Of a stretch of DNA of 64,000 bases, positions 19,043 through 29,112 are shown one piece after another. Position 1 is the stretch's first letter. Each line of letters starts with the position of its first letter. The DNA is from an uncultured Desulfobacterales bacterium (GTDB lineage Bacteria; Desulfobacterota; Dissulfuribacteria; Dissulfuribacterales; JALVPX01), in contig CAYWKF010000007.1 in assembly GCA_964459155.1 (NCBI GenBank), positions 10,671 to 74,670 on the forward strand. The letters are read 5' to 3'. The translations under genes were made by a program, and so were the position numbers. The notes under the pieces were generated by a model. That model was not told the origin of the DNA. It saw only the letters and a list, made by a program, of their open reading frames with translations, and made no database searches.

Positions 19043-19561
19043 ATGCCAGAAAAGCAGCTTATTGTTGCCGATATTGTCAAGGCACATGGCTTAAAGGGAG
19101 AGATACAAGTCTATCCTTACACTGAGGGGCCGGAATCCTTTGCGCATTTCAAGAAGGTTTTCACCGGCCCAAGACATCAACCCAAAGCATATGAAATATT
19201 GTCTGTCAAGGTAAAGGGCCCAAAAAAGGTGGTGCTTGCATTAAAGGGGCTCAAAACCCGCGAAGATGCTGAAGCCCTTGTTGGCCAGAAACTATGGATT
19301 ACCCCCGATCAACTCCCGCCATTGGAAGAAGGTGAATATTACCATTACCAAATCATTGGTATGTCAGTAATAGATGATGAGGGTAAAAAGATAGGCATAG
19401 TTAAAGACATCATGGATACTGGAGCCCACCCCGTTTATGTAGTTTCAGGGCCAAGGGGAGAAACACTAATTCCTGCAGTAGAACATATGGTAAAAGACAT
19501 CGACATTGAAAAGAATGTCATCAGGGTCGACTTGCCTCCTGACCTCACACCTGAAAAATGA
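19043..19561 (+). CDS. rimM: Ribosome maturation factor RimM
   Basis: AHGLKGEI, REDAEAL, EGEYYHYQIIG, LIPAV. Confidence 0.93.
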   Translation: MPEKQLIVADIVKAHGLKGEIQVYPYTEGPESFAHFKKVFTGPRHQPKAYEILSVKVKGPKKVVLALKGLKTREDAEALVGQKLWITPDQLPPLEEGEYYHYQIIGMSVIDDEGKKIGIVKDIMDTGAHPVYVVSGPRGETLIPAVEHMVKDIDIEKNVIRVDLPPDLTPEK

Positions 19562-20292
19562 TTTTTGACATACTCACCATTTTTCCATCTTTCTTTGACT
19601 CTCCTCTAAAAGAAGGCGTCATTCACAGGGCAATAGAAGCTGGTTTGCTAAAAGTACGGACTGTAGACCTGCGAGATTATACCCATGACCGCCACAGAAC
19701 CACTGATGACCGCCCCTATGGCGGCGGAGAGGGTATGGTCATGAAGATCGAACCCCTTTTCGAGGCTCTGGAAGACCTCAAAAAAACCCCGCCGAATCCC
19801 AAAGTCATCTTGATGAGCCCCAGAGGCAAGGTATTGAAGCAGCGGCTTGTTGAAAAATTGGCCGAAGAGGAGCGGCTGGTCATAATATGCGGTCGCTACG
19901 AAGGAGTTGACGAGCGCTTCATTGAACATTGTGTAGATCTTGAGCTTTCGATAGGGGACTACATTCTTTCAGGCGGTGAAACACCTGCATTGGTGGTGAT
20001 CGAGGCAGTTTCACGCCTCATACCCGGAGTGCTTGGCTGCCCCGCCTCGCCCTACAAAGATTCATTCAGCAATGGCCTACTGGAATATCCCCATTATACT
20101 AGACCTGCTGATTTCAAGGGCTGGAGAGTTCCTGGTGTTCTACTCTCTGGGGATCACAAAAAAATAGAAAAATGGCGAAGACAACAATCGCTCAAAATCA
20201 CTTATGAACGCAGGCCCGACCTTCTGAAAAAGGCTCCACTTTCAAAAGAAGATCTTGATTACTTGAAAGGCTTAGGCTGGGAACCAGAATGA
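19558..20292 (+). CDS. trmD: tRNA (guanine37-N1)-methyltransferase
   Basis: DDRPYGGGEGM, CGRYEGVDER, SIGDYILSGGE, LLEYPHYTRP. Confidence 0.98.
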   Translation: MIFDILTIFPSFFDSPLKEGVIHRAIEAGLLKVRTVDLRDYTHDRHRTTDDRPYGGGEGMVMKIEPLFEALEDLKKTPPNPKVILMSPRGKVLKQRLVEKLAEEERLVIICGRYEGVDERFIEHCVDLELSIGDYILSGGETPALVVIEAVSRLIPGVLGCPASPYKDSFSNGLLEYPHYTRPADFKGWRVPGVLLSGDHKKIEKWRRQQSLKITYERRPDLLKKAPLSKEDLDYLKGLGWEPE

Positions 20293-20840
20293 AGGTGGAC
20301 ATAGCTCTTATTCACTATCCAGTCTTGAACCGCAATGGGGAAACAATAATCTCCGCTGTCACTAATCTCGACATTCATGACATCGCCAGGGCATGCTGTA
20401 CCTATGGGGTAGGAAACTATTTTATAGTCACCCCTAGCAAGGAACAGCAGAGCCTGGTCAAGGAACTCATAAGCCACTGGACTTCAGGACCTGGCGGCCT
20501 GACAAACCCAGATAGAAAAGCTGCCTTACAGTTGGTCAAGCTGGCAGACTCTTTGAGGGATGTCAGGCTGCAACTTGGTGATCCTGCGGTTTATGCCACC
20601 ACTGCCACATACACCAGCAACTGCTTAGAATGGTTGGAATTGCGAAAAAAGATTGAAATAGGCGAAGAAGATAATATATTGCTTGTCTTTGGAACTGCTT
20701 CAGGACTTGCAAAAAGTGTCTTGATGGAGTCAAATAGGACGTTGTGCCCAATCAGCGGCCCAACTTCTTACAACCATTTGTCTGTGAGAAGTGCGGTGGC
20801 CATAGGGCTTGACAGGCTTTTAGGCAATTGGAGGATTTAA
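20289..20840 (+). CDS. SPOUT-class RNA methyltransferase (DUF2168-like)
   Basis: [47 protein letters not shown]; overlaps trmD stop. Confidence 0.8.
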   Translation: MKVDIALIHYPVLNRNGETIISAVTNLDIHDIARACCTYGVGNYFIVTPSKEQQSLVKELISHWTSGPGGLTNPDRKAALQLVKLADSLRDVRLQLGDPAVYATTATYTSNCLEWLELRKKIEIGEEDNILLVFGTASGLAKSVLMESNRTLCPISGPTSYNHLSVRSAVAIGLDRLLGNWRI

Positions 20841-20844
20841 GACC

Positions 20845-21195
20845 ATGGATACTTTGAGAAAACTTGAATTTGAAGAAATGCGCCTAGATATCCCCGCTTT
20901 TCGTCCAGGAGACAAGGTGAAAGTGCATGTGCGCATCCGCGAATCAGAAGAAAAGGAGCGCATTCAGGTCTTCGAAGGGGTTGTCATAGCCCGTAAAGGA
21001 AGCGGTTTGAACGAGACCTTCACCGTACGCAAGGAATCTTACGGGGTTGGGGTCGAAAGAATTTTTCCGGTCCATTCTCCAAGGATCGACAAAATCGAAC
21101 TGGTGGAAGAGGGCCGCCACAACAGGGCCAAACTCTATTACCTGCGTGGCCTGCGCGGAAAGGCCGCACGCCACAAAGTCCGTAAACGCACATAA
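20845..21195 (+). CDS. rplS: 50S ribosomal protein L19
   Basis: [46 protein letters not shown]. Confidence 0.98.
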   Translation: MDTLRKLEFEEMRLDIPAFRPGDKVKVHVRIRESEEKERIQVFEGVVIARKGSGLNETFTVRKESYGVGVERIFPVHSPRIDKIELVEEGRHNRAKLYYLRGLRGKAARHKVRKRT

Positions 21196-21203
21196 TTTAA
21201 CAA

Positions 21204-21866
21204 ATGGTCAGGCCTGTCGGCCTATTTCCTACTGACCCTGAGCCCCAGGATCTTCTTTTTTTTGAAAAAACGTTCTGGGATCAGGGTCTTTTTCCTGTAG
21301 CAGGCACTGATGAAGCCGGACGCGGCTGCCTGGCCGGCCCTGTGGTTGCTGCTGCGGTAATCTTACCCAAAGATATTGACTTGCCAGATGTAACAGACTC
21401 GAAGGCCTTGCGCCCGGATCAGAGGGAAGATCTCTTTGTCCAAATCAAAAAAAAATGCCTATCTTGGGCCATCTCTGAGGTGCCTCCCAAGGAAATCGAC
21501 GAGACCAACATACTCCGGGCAAGCCTCAAGGCCATGGCCTTGGCAGTTGAACAATTAGCTCCGAGACCGGTGGCGCTTTTGGTGGACGGCAATCAACCCG
21601 TCCCATTACAAATCTTCCAAAAGACCATTGTAAAGGGGGATAACAGAAGCCTTTCAGTGGCAGCTTCATCCATTTTAGCAAAGGTCCATCGTGACCGGAT
21701 AATGGCACAACTTCACAAAGAGTTTCCTCAATATGGATTTGACAAACACAAGGGCTATCCCACAAAATTTCACAAGGAAGTTCTTAAACAGAATGGCCCG
21801 TGTCCACATCACCGCACTACTTTCAAAGGTGTGAAGGAACTTATGCATTGTGAAAAAAGACAATAA
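21204..21866 (+). CDS. rnhB: Ribonuclease HII
   Basis: GTDEAGRGCLAGPVV, DSK, DGN, VKGD, SILAKVHRD, KGYPT. Confidence 0.96.
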   Translation: MVRPVGLFPTDPEPQDLLFFEKTFWDQGLFPVAGTDEAGRGCLAGPVVAAAVILPKDIDLPDVTDSKALRPDQREDLFVQIKKKCLSWAISEVPPKEIDETNILRASLKAMALAVEQLAPRPVALLVDGNQPVPLQIFQKTIVKGDNRSLSVAASSILAKVHRDRIMAQLHKEFPQYGFDKHKGYPTKFHKEVLKQNGPCPHHRTTFKGVKELMHCEKRQ

Positions 21867-22218
21867 AGGCCTTGGAACACTTGCAGAAGAGCTTGCCGCC
21901 GTCTATTTTCAGAAAAAGGGGTATGTTATTCTTGAAAGGAACTTTAGGGCCCCGTGTGGTGAAATTGATTTGATTCTGGAAGATGGACCGGAGCTGGTCT
22001 TTGTAGAAGTGAAGGCAAGGGCCTCTACAAAATATGGTTTGCCTCAAGAGGCCGTTACGCTGCATAAACAAAGGCAAATAATCAAGACAGCTACATGGTA
22101 CATGAGCTGTAAAGGCTGGAATGACAGGCCAGCCAGGTTTGATGTCCTGGCCATCCAGTTTGAACAGGGCAAACATGAGATCAATCACATTCCATGGGCC
22201 TTTGAGGCTGAAATTTAA
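21850..22218 (+). CDS. YraN (UPF0102) family protein
   Basis: GYVILERNFR, GEIDLI, VFVEVKAR, RFDV; usual position after rnhB. Confidence 0.9.
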   Translation: MKKDNKGLGTLAEELAAVYFQKKGYVILERNFRAPCGEIDLILEDGPELVFVEVKARASTKYGLPQEAVTLHKQRQIIKTATWYMSCKGWNDRPARFDVLAIQFEQGKHEINHIPWAFEAEI

Positions 22219-22227
22219 GGAGAGACA

Positions 22228-23619
22228 GTGAGAAGCCGCATACAACATGAAATCACAGAAATCAAAGACAGGCTGTTAAGGATGTCATCCATGTCTGAAG
22301 AAGCCGTAAGAACGGCAATTCAGGCCAGCCAACGCCAAGACGGTGAGCTTGCAAGACGCGTTATTGAACAGGATTGGGAGATAGATTACGCGGAAGTGGA
22401 AATACATGGCCTTGTATTGAGGACCATGGCCTTGCAACAGCCCATGGCAGTGGACCTGCGATTCCTTGCTGCTGCGCTCCAGATAACCAGCCAGCTTGAA
22501 CGGGTTGGTGACCATGCGGTCAATATTGCTGAACAAGTGATCAACCTCACAGAAAAGAGCAACATCATTGCGGTGGCCTCCCCAAACCTCACCGATATGG
22601 CAAGGCAAGCCCTCAAGATGCTGGCCGATGCCATCAACTCTTTTGTTTACAACGATGCCGAGCTTGCCTACCGGGTTATAAATCAAGACAAGGAAGTTGA
22701 TGACTTGTACACCAAAGTTCTGGCTGAAGAGATCAAGACCATGGAAAAGGATGTCTCTGAGGTAAGGCCCGGTGTGTACCATATTATTCTTGCCATCAAC
22801 ATCGAACGGATTGCAGACCTTGCTACCAATATTGCAGAGGACGTGATCTTCCTCGTGGAAGGCCGCTTGATACGCCATGAAGAAGGTGAAGAAAGGCCTG
22901 TGGCTGTTGCCGCTCCCACAGAGGCGAAGGAGCAAGTGGAAGGCGAGCGGCGTCCATGCCCAGGCAGTCCAGAAACCGGCCGCAGAGAACCATTGGAATG
23001 TTTAGAAAACCATGCCCGCCACGTCCATGACTGTCTGGAAAAGACGATGCTGGCAGTAAAAGCTTACATGGAAGGCAGACACGAAGATTTTGAACACTAT
23101 GCCAATGAAGTCACAGAGCTTGAGCATGCTGCCGACATGATAAAGAGGAATGTCAGGGCCCACCTTCCCAAAGGCATTATCATGCCCATAGACAAATTTG
23201 AATTGTTCCTTTATCTCAATGAGCAGGATGCAATAGCAGGAAGTGCGGAAGACCTCCTGGAATGGCTCACATATAGAAACCCTCAATTCTCAGAAGAGCT
23301 GAGGATGCGGATAGAAAAGTTGATGTACAAATGTGTGAACCTTGTGGAAGAACTTCCAAGGATCATCAATGGGGCCCGCACCTATTTCGAGACCGGTGAC
23401 GAAGAGACCCGCATTTGGATTAAAGACAAGATTAGGGATCTTCGCATTGAGGAACATGATGCAGATGTAATGGAACATCAGCTCAAGAAGAAAGTCTTTT
23501 CCAAAGATGAAGACCCTGTGACAGTATTTTACATGGTCAGGCTGGTTGAACTCATAGGAAGCACTGCTGACCATGCAGAAAGCGCCGTAGACATATTGAG
23601 ATCAATGATTGCCAAATAA
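22228..23619 (+). CDS. PhoU-DUF47 (TIGR00153-like) fusion protein
   Basis: N-half PhoU motifs (QQPMAVDLR, LERVGDHAVNIA, ERIADLATNIAE); C-half DUF47 motifs (EHAADMIKRNVRAHLP, QDAIA, EHDAD, ADHAESA). Confidence 0.8.
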   Translation: MRSRIQHEITEIKDRLLRMSSMSEEAVRTAIQASQRQDGELARRVIEQDWEIDYAEVEIHGLVLRTMALQQPMAVDLRFLAAALQITSQLERVGDHAVNIAEQVINLTEKSNIIAVASPNLTDMARQALKMLADAINSFVYNDAELAYRVINQDKEVDDLYTKVLAEEIKTMEKDVSEVRPGVYHIILAINIERIADLATNIAEDVIFLVEGRLIRHEEGEERPVAVAAPTEAKEQVEGERRPCPGSPETGRREPLECLENHARHVHDCLEKTMLAVKAYMEGRHEDFEHYANEVTELEHAADMIKRNVRAHLPKGIIMPIDKFELFLYLNEQDAIAGSAEDLLEWLTYRNPQFSEELRMRIEKLMYKCVNLVEELPRIINGARTYFETGDEETRIWIKDKIRDLRIEEHDADVMEHQLKKKVFSKDEDPVTVFYMVRLVELIGSTADHAESAVDILRSMIAK

Positions 23620-23630
23620 CATGGCGAAAC

Positions 23631-24512
23631 TCAGCATGTAAAGGCATCAGCCTCCTTGTCTATGAACATGAAGGCGATACGCACCTTAGTCTTGGAAGTT
23701 ACCTTACCATTGTGAGCGAGGCCTGCCACCACATTTCGTATGCGCTCCTTTTCATCGTCACTCAACTCTTTATGCATTTCCAGCTGCCATATTATTGCCT
23801 CTGCATGCCTGTCTGCATCTCTTGTACGTTCCCAGCAGCCCCTGAAAAACCTCAGGTCTGGTGCCAACCCTAGGGCATACAAGTAGTTGAAAAGAAAGTG
23901 TATATCCATCTTAGTCGTATCTGGATCTTTGCCCAGGATCTCTTTGCTCAATCTATTCACCAGCTCGTTTTGGCGTATACCTGCCCATGAAATAAAAACC
24001 ACGTAACGCTTAGAAAGGTCCAAAAACCGGTCTACATTCTCCATAGAGCGAAGCAAAGGGGTCATGGACACGAATACCAGATCAAATTTTTCATCTGTTT
24101 CGAATTTACGCCAGTCAGCCAATATAGTTTTGATATTCCTGATATCAGCCTTCTCAGCCTTTTCTTGTAGCCTACTCAGCATTGCCTTGGATATGTCCAG
24201 GCAAATTACTTGCTCCACCAGTGGTGCCATCCTCAGGGCGTAAATACCTGTCCCGCAAGCAATATCTATGACCCTGGCTTTCTTGTGAAGCACCCCCCTT
24301 TCCTTGAGGGTCTCCAAGACCGTTTTCACCTGAAATTGGTAGTCGCTACATGCTTCAAGGTCATCATATGTAGCAGCAGCCTGATCCCAGCATGATCCCT
24401 TCTCACTCCTTGAAAGACCCTTATGAACCATTGATGACCGTACAAGTTCCTTCCAGAATTTAGGCGAACGTATATCCCTTTCCTTGATTGTTGCGCACCT
24501 TTCGTTGTCCAT
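23631..24512 (-). CDS. Class I SAM-dependent methyltransferase
   Basis: VIDIACGTG motif I, CLDISKAML, FDLVFVSM. Confidence 0.85.
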   Translation of the reverse strand: MDNERCATIKERDIRSPKFWKELVRSSMVHKGLSRSEKGSCWDQAAATYDDLEACSDYQFQVKTVLETLKERGVLHKKARVIDIACGTGIYALRMAPLVEQVICLDISKAMLSRLQEKAEKADIRNIKTILADWRKFETDEKFDLVFVSMTPLLRSMENVDRFLDLSKRYVVFISWAGIRQNELVNRLSKEILGKDPDTTKMDIHFLFNYLYALGLAPDLRFFRGCWERTRDADRHAEAIIWQLEMHKELSDDEKERIRNVVAGLAHNGKVTSKTKVRIAFMFIDKEADAFTC

Positions 24513-24676
24513 ATCTACTCATCCTCGTGCCTTCAAAGATAGCTTTAGACTACTCCAAAACCCCTGTTTGTCCAAAAAGATGGTATCCAGCCCCTTTGCA
24601 ATTCCCATAATGTGCTTTTGAACTGCATCGATTGGGCTGTTTTTTAGACAGTGGCCCCAAAGCCTTAAATGCTATT

Positions 24677-25486
24677 CTAGAGTGCAGCATGCAGGCCGAG
24701 GAGAAAGTAAATTTCTTTGCGTATGTCTTTCAAGTCGCCTACTGAAAGGTCCCGTGGACGCGGATAATCAAGGTCAAGATCTGCCTTTATTTTGGCTGGG
24801 CGGTCTCCAAGCACTATAACCTTGTCGCCAAGTTGAAGCGCCTCATCAATATCATGGGTGATAAAAAGGATGGTCGTATCAAACATGGCGTGAACATTTA
24901 ACATTTCTTCTCGCATCTGGAGCCTGGTCACGAAATCGAGCGCACCAAACGGTTCGTCCATAAAAAGGATATCTGGCTCGCTTATAAGCGCCCGGGCCAC
25001 CTCTGCTCTTCGCCTCATTCCACCTGAGAGCTGATGAGGATAATGATCCCCAAAATCAGCTAAGCCCACCATATCTAAATATTCATCCACCTTTTCTTCC
25101 TTGGCCAGCTCCTCTTCGCCGAAATTTAATACCCCCAACGCTACATTTTCTCTTGCCGTCATCCAAGGAAAGAGGCCGTCTTCCTGAAAAACAAAAATGT
25201 GTTTGCTGCTAGGGCCCGACAGCTCACTTCCATCAATAAGCACCGTGCCAGCGGTAGCTTCCTCAAACCCAGCCAAAATGCGTAGCATGGTAGACTTACC
25301 GCATCCCGATGGGCCCACAATACACGTGAATTCCCTGGGCTTTATTGAAAAATTGATGCGGTCCAGCACAAGGCATTCCTCCCCTTGCCTGCACTGTGTG
25401 GAATAGCGGGCCAAGGCACGGCGCTCTAGATAGATCTTGACAAGATCCTTAACAACTATTTTTTCTACCGTCTGAACCGCTTCCAT
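24677..25486 (-). CDS. ABC transporter ATP-binding subunit (NitT/TauT/SsuB type)
   Basis: GPSGCGKST, FQEDGLFPW, QLSGGM, MDEPFGALD, ITHD. Confidence 0.92.
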   Translation of the reverse strand: MEAVQTVEKIVVKDLVKIYLERRALARYSTQCRQGEECLVLDRINFSIKPREFTCIVGPSGCGKSTMLRILAGFEEATAGTVLIDGSELSGPSSKHIFVFQEDGLFPWMTARENVALGVLNFGEEELAKEEKVDEYLDMVGLADFGDHYPHQLSGGMRRRAEVARALISEPDILFMDEPFGALDFVTRLQMREEMLNVHAMFDTTILFITHDIDEALQLGDKVIVLGDRPAKIKADLDLDYPRPRDLSVGDLKDIRKEIYFLLGLHAAL

Positions 25487-26220
25487 CGCACCTCAGGAAG
25501 ATATTCCAGCCTTTTCATCAAATTGTCTAACCCTAATCCCAAAAGCCCCACAACGACCATCCCGGCTATGACATTGGTCATGTTCAGTGAATTCCTGGCA
25601 TCAATTATCAGATATCCTAGACCACTCTTAACCGCCATCATCTCTGCTGCAACTATCACCAGCCATGCAGTGCCAAGAGTTACCCTGAGACCAGTAACTA
25701 TTTCAGGCAGGGCAGCAGGCAAAACAACCAACTTTAAAAAGTGCCAACCTCCTATATCTAGGTTCCTGGCAACCCTCAGGTAAGTAACTTTTATAGACAT
25801 AACTCCTTCCACTGTGAACAAAAGTATCGGGAAAAATGAAGCCAAAAAAATCAAAAAAATAGCTGGCATATCGCCTACACCAAACCACAAGATTGCCAAA
25901 GGAATCCAGGCCAAAGGGGAAATGGGCCTCAAAAAATGTATTAATGGATAGATATAACGCCTTGGGCGCTGCCTCAGACCCATCAAAATTCCCATTGAAA
26001 CCGAAAAGAGCGCAGCCAATAGGTATCCCCAGGTGACTCTGAACAGGCTGGCCACTGAATGTTTTATAAGCTGGCCAGACAGCAGCAGATCCCAAAGGCC
26101 TTGTGCAACCGAAAACGGACCAGGAAGAAGATTGGCATTTATGGAAAAAAAACGTACACTTGTCTCCCAAAGGAATATAACAAACGCAAAAACAGGTATT
26201 CCTGTCTTCAGATTCCTCAT
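25465..26220 (-). CDS. ABC transporter permease (SsuC/TauC type)
   Basis: ASLFRV..GY, RPISPLAWIPL, LPAALPEIVTGLR, WLVIVAAEM, SGLGYLI. Confidence 0.92.
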   Translation of the reverse strand: MRNLKTGIPVFAFVIFLWETSVRFFSINANLLPGPFSVAQGLWDLLLSGQLIKHSVASLFRVTWGYLLAALFSVSMGILMGLRQRPRRYIYPLIHFLRPISPLAWIPLAILWFGVGDMPAIFLIFLASFFPILLFTVEGVMSIKVTYLRVARNLDIGGWHFLKLVVLPAALPEIVTGLRVTLGTAWLVIVAAEMMAVKSGLGYLIIDARNSLNMTNVIAGMVVVGLLGLGLDNLMKRLEYLPEVRWKRFRR

Positions 26221-26417
26221 TGTCGCTCCTGATTCAACATCTACTTTCTTTATCGGGAGTCGTTGTAACAGGCATTATTTATGAAAAACCGCATTGCGCT
26301 ACTAAAACGGTCATTGGGCCACTTCAACAACCGGCGCCTAAATTTGAGCATGACATCTTCTAGGCCATAACAAAAAGGCCTATTTGACTACATGGGCATG
26401 AGCCTTATTCTTACAGC

Positions 26418-27335
26418 TTATTTGCACCCAAGCCCCAGCCTTAAACTCTCCAAGTTCGTGTACATCAAGGAAATGAAAGAGACTGAATTTTCAATTTGCT
26501 GCCTGGTAAGACTGGCCCCTGTATACAGGGTAGAAATCTTTGCTCCAGTTTCTTTGCTCAAAACTTCTGCAAGTTTGCTGCTCACAGTACCTTCAAAAAA
26601 GATAGTCCCTATATCAAGCCTCCGCATGGTCTTCGCCATATTCACCATCTTTTTGGGAGTTGGCCTAGCATCTGGACTAAGTCCATACAGTGAGAGCTGC
26701 CTAAGCCTGTAAGCCCTGGCCAGATAGGCAAAGGCTCCATGTCCTCCTACCACAAAGGTCCTTGTCTTGCACTTTTCAAGACCTTTTTTAAAGGCTGAAT
26801 CAAGGGCATGGAGTTTTTCGATATATCTGTACCCATTCTGTTTATAATATGTGACATTGTCAGGATCCAGACTGGCCAACGCTTCGATCAACTTGCCCAC
26901 GAATTCTATATCCCATTTGAAATCGAGCCATACGTGGGGATCTACAGCGCTATGATGGTGGTCATGTTCTGCCTTGATTAAAGGTGCACCGTCACTGAGA
27001 CGCAATACCACTTTTTTTGCTGAGCGCTCTTTTACTGCTTCTAGAAGGTCTTCCAGCCAATTGTCCAGGCCCGCACCAACCATGAGTATGAGTTGCGCAG
27101 TCTCAACCTCACGCAAATCGCTTGGCTTTGGTTCAAAAGAGTGAGGCTCAGCCCCTGGAGGGAGCAACAAATGCACTTTTGCCTTTGTTCCACCCACTTC
27201 CATTGCCATTTCATATAGAGGAAAAATGGTTGCCACTATTCTGACCCTGGCATTGGCTGGATTGAACATGGCAGACAGGAGAAAAAAAGAAAAAATCGAC
27301 AGAACTATAAGGGTGAAAGATCTTGCTGTGATCAC
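26418..27335 (-). CDS. Metal (Zn/Mn) ABC substrate-binding protein, ZnuA/TroA type
   Basis: PGAEPHSFEP, His patch, DPHVWLD, HGAFAYLARAY. Confidence 0.9.
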   Translation of the reverse strand: MITARSFTLIVLSIFSFFLLSAMFNPANARVRIVATIFPLYEMAMEVGGTKAKVHLLLPPGAEPHSFEPKPSDLREVETAQLILMVGAGLDNWLEDLLEAVKERSAKKVVLRLSDGAPLIKAEHDHHHSAVDPHVWLDFKWDIEFVGKLIEALASLDPDNVTYYKQNGYRYIEKLHALDSAFKKGLEKCKTRTFVVGGHGAFAYLARAYRLRQLSLYGLSPDARPTPKKMVNMAKTMRRLDIGTIFFEGTVSSKLAEVLSKETGAKISTLYTGASLTRQQIENSVSFISLMYTNLESLRLGLGCK

Positions 27336-28258
27336 CTTTTCCTCCTGTCTATGAAGTAATTGCTCCCTTCCATCTGCTTCACCTTTTTTTTCAGCTGAGC
27401 CGCCACGGCAGTTACCTCACCATAATGTTTGTATCTTCCAGGCTCACACTTTACTACGGCTATGGAAAGGCTCGTTATGGGAAAAGCACAGGCTTTTCCC
27501 TGTCTGTCGATGGAGCAGAAGCAGCCTGCTTCTATATCCTCTTCATCGAGAAAAAGGGGTATTAGCGCTGAAAAGTTGTCAATAATGCTCTTGCAAATCT
27601 CTTCGGCCTTATTCAAAGGCATGGCGATTACAAAGTCGTCTCCGCCAATATGGCCTACAAAACCATCCTTTTTGTCATACTCTTGCATACAGTTCACCAG
27701 GACCCTCGCTGTCATTCTTATGACCTCATCTCCTCTGGAAAAGCCATATTTGTCGTTATAAGGCTTAAAGTTGTCTATGTCCACATAGCCTATGGCTCGC
27801 TCAAGCTGATTATCCAAAATAGACTGGATGGTGCGCAGGATAGATGAGTTGCCCGGAAGCTTTGTAAGCGGATTGTTGTCTGCCACTCTGTGCATTCTTG
27901 CCAAAGCGAGTTCAATCCTGGTAAGCACTTCGCCAGTAGATGCCTGGACGGATATCAGATCATCCACTGGGTATTCTTCATGACTTATGCCAGCCAGGAG
28001 TTCGTCTTCACTCACCACCATCAGCACTGGCAATAAGGAGAGCTGAAGGCTGTTTTTGAGGGCCTGGATGACATCTTTATCAAGATCATGGGCTAGGCCC
28101 TTTTGTATGATCAAGAGTTCCGGAGGGTCGGAGAGAAGATTGTTGAAAGCAGTGTTTAAATCGCTGCTAGTTATAATATTGTGGCCTTTGGCCTCTATAC
28201 AGAGACGTTCATCCTGCCTGGTCAGAAAATCTGGGGCAATTAGGGAAATCCTTGCCAT
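27332..28258 (-). CDS. Receiver-like domain plus GGDEF-family (GGDDF) protein
   Basis: NPLTKLPGN, DIDNFKPYNDKYG, GHIGGDDF. Confidence 0.85.
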   Translation of the reverse strand: MARISLIAPDFLTRQDERLCIEAKGHNIITSSDLNTAFNNLLSDPPELLIIQKGLAHDLDKDVIQALKNSLQLSLLPVLMVVSEDELLAGISHEEYPVDDLISVQASTGEVLTRIELALARMHRVADNNPLTKLPGNSSILRTIQSILDNQLERAIGYVDIDNFKPYNDKYGFSRGDEVIRMTARVLVNCMQEYDKKDGFVGHIGGDDFVIAMPLNKAEEICKSIIDNFSALIPLFLDEEDIEAGCFCSIDRQGKACAFPITSLSIAVVKCEPGRYKHYGEVTAVAAQLKKKVKQMEGSNYFIDRRKR

Positions 28259-29112
28259 CAGCAGTTTTGCGTAAGCTCATCAGTAAAGTTTGCAAGCCCT
28301 GCAAGTTTGTCTTCGACCTCATCCAATACGCTTTTCATCTCGCTTTTCCCCATCTTTATTTTGTTCCAGGCATCATGATCAAGCTCAGGCACCCAGGGGT
28401 CTCCACCCGAACCATAACCTATGGCCCTTATCAATATATCGGAAAAATGGATGATTGCGGCAAGTCTTGCTTCACCCTTGGCCGTGCTTGGAGCGTGATG
28501 ATATTTTATCGGCATTGTGAGCCTGTCTGGCAAATTCCACTCTTTGACGAGCCAAGAGCCTATTTCAGCATGCCCAACGCCAAGCACTTCTAATTCAGCT
28601 TCCCGCATGGGGATTTCTTCTTCAGCTACCATTCCAATAATCTTTTCATATTCTTCAGGAAGCTCGGCTTTAATCACTATCTTTCCGAGGTCATGTATGA
28701 GACCGGCGGTCGATATCTCTTCTGGATTTTTTATGCCGTGGCGTTTGGCCAACACAGTGGCCACTGTGGCACAACCCAGAGAGTGTTCCCACAAAGAGAC
28801 ATCCTCCGTCTGCATGGTCTCGAATATGGATGATGTAACAATCAAGGTCTTTATGACATTGAAACCAAGTAACACTATGGCATTTGAAACAGTACTGATC
28901 CGCTGTGGAAAGCCGAAAAATGATGAGTTCACCATCTTAAGAAGTTTGCTGGTCAGCACCTGATCCTTTTCAATGATCTTGCCAAGTTGCACTGCAGTAA
29001 CGTTTTCATCGTCCACCATGTCGTTCAACTTTGTCACAATGGCAGGCAAAGTTGGCAGGGACTGTACCTGTTTCAGCCGGGCCTTTATCTCTTCTTTGCT
29101 GCTGGGGTTCAT
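28258..29112 (-). CDS. HDOD-domain signalling protein
   Basis: LPTLP, DQVLTSKLLKMVNS, LWEHS, GLIHDLGK, HAEIGSWL..WNLP, YHH. Confidence 0.9.
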   Translation of the reverse strand: MNPSSKEEIKARLKQVQSLPTLPAIVTKLNDMVDDENVTAVQLGKIIEKDQVLTSKLLKMVNSSFFGFPQRISTVSNAIVLLGFNVIKTLIVTSSIFETMQTEDVSLWEHSLGCATVATVLAKRHGIKNPEEISTAGLIHDLGKIVIKAELPEEYEKIIGMVAEEEIPMREAELEVLGVGHAEIGSWLVKEWNLPDRLTMPIKYHHAPSTAKGEARLAAIIHFSDILIRAIGYGSGGDPWVPELDHDAWNKIKMGKSEMKSVLDEVEDKLAGLANFTDELTQNC

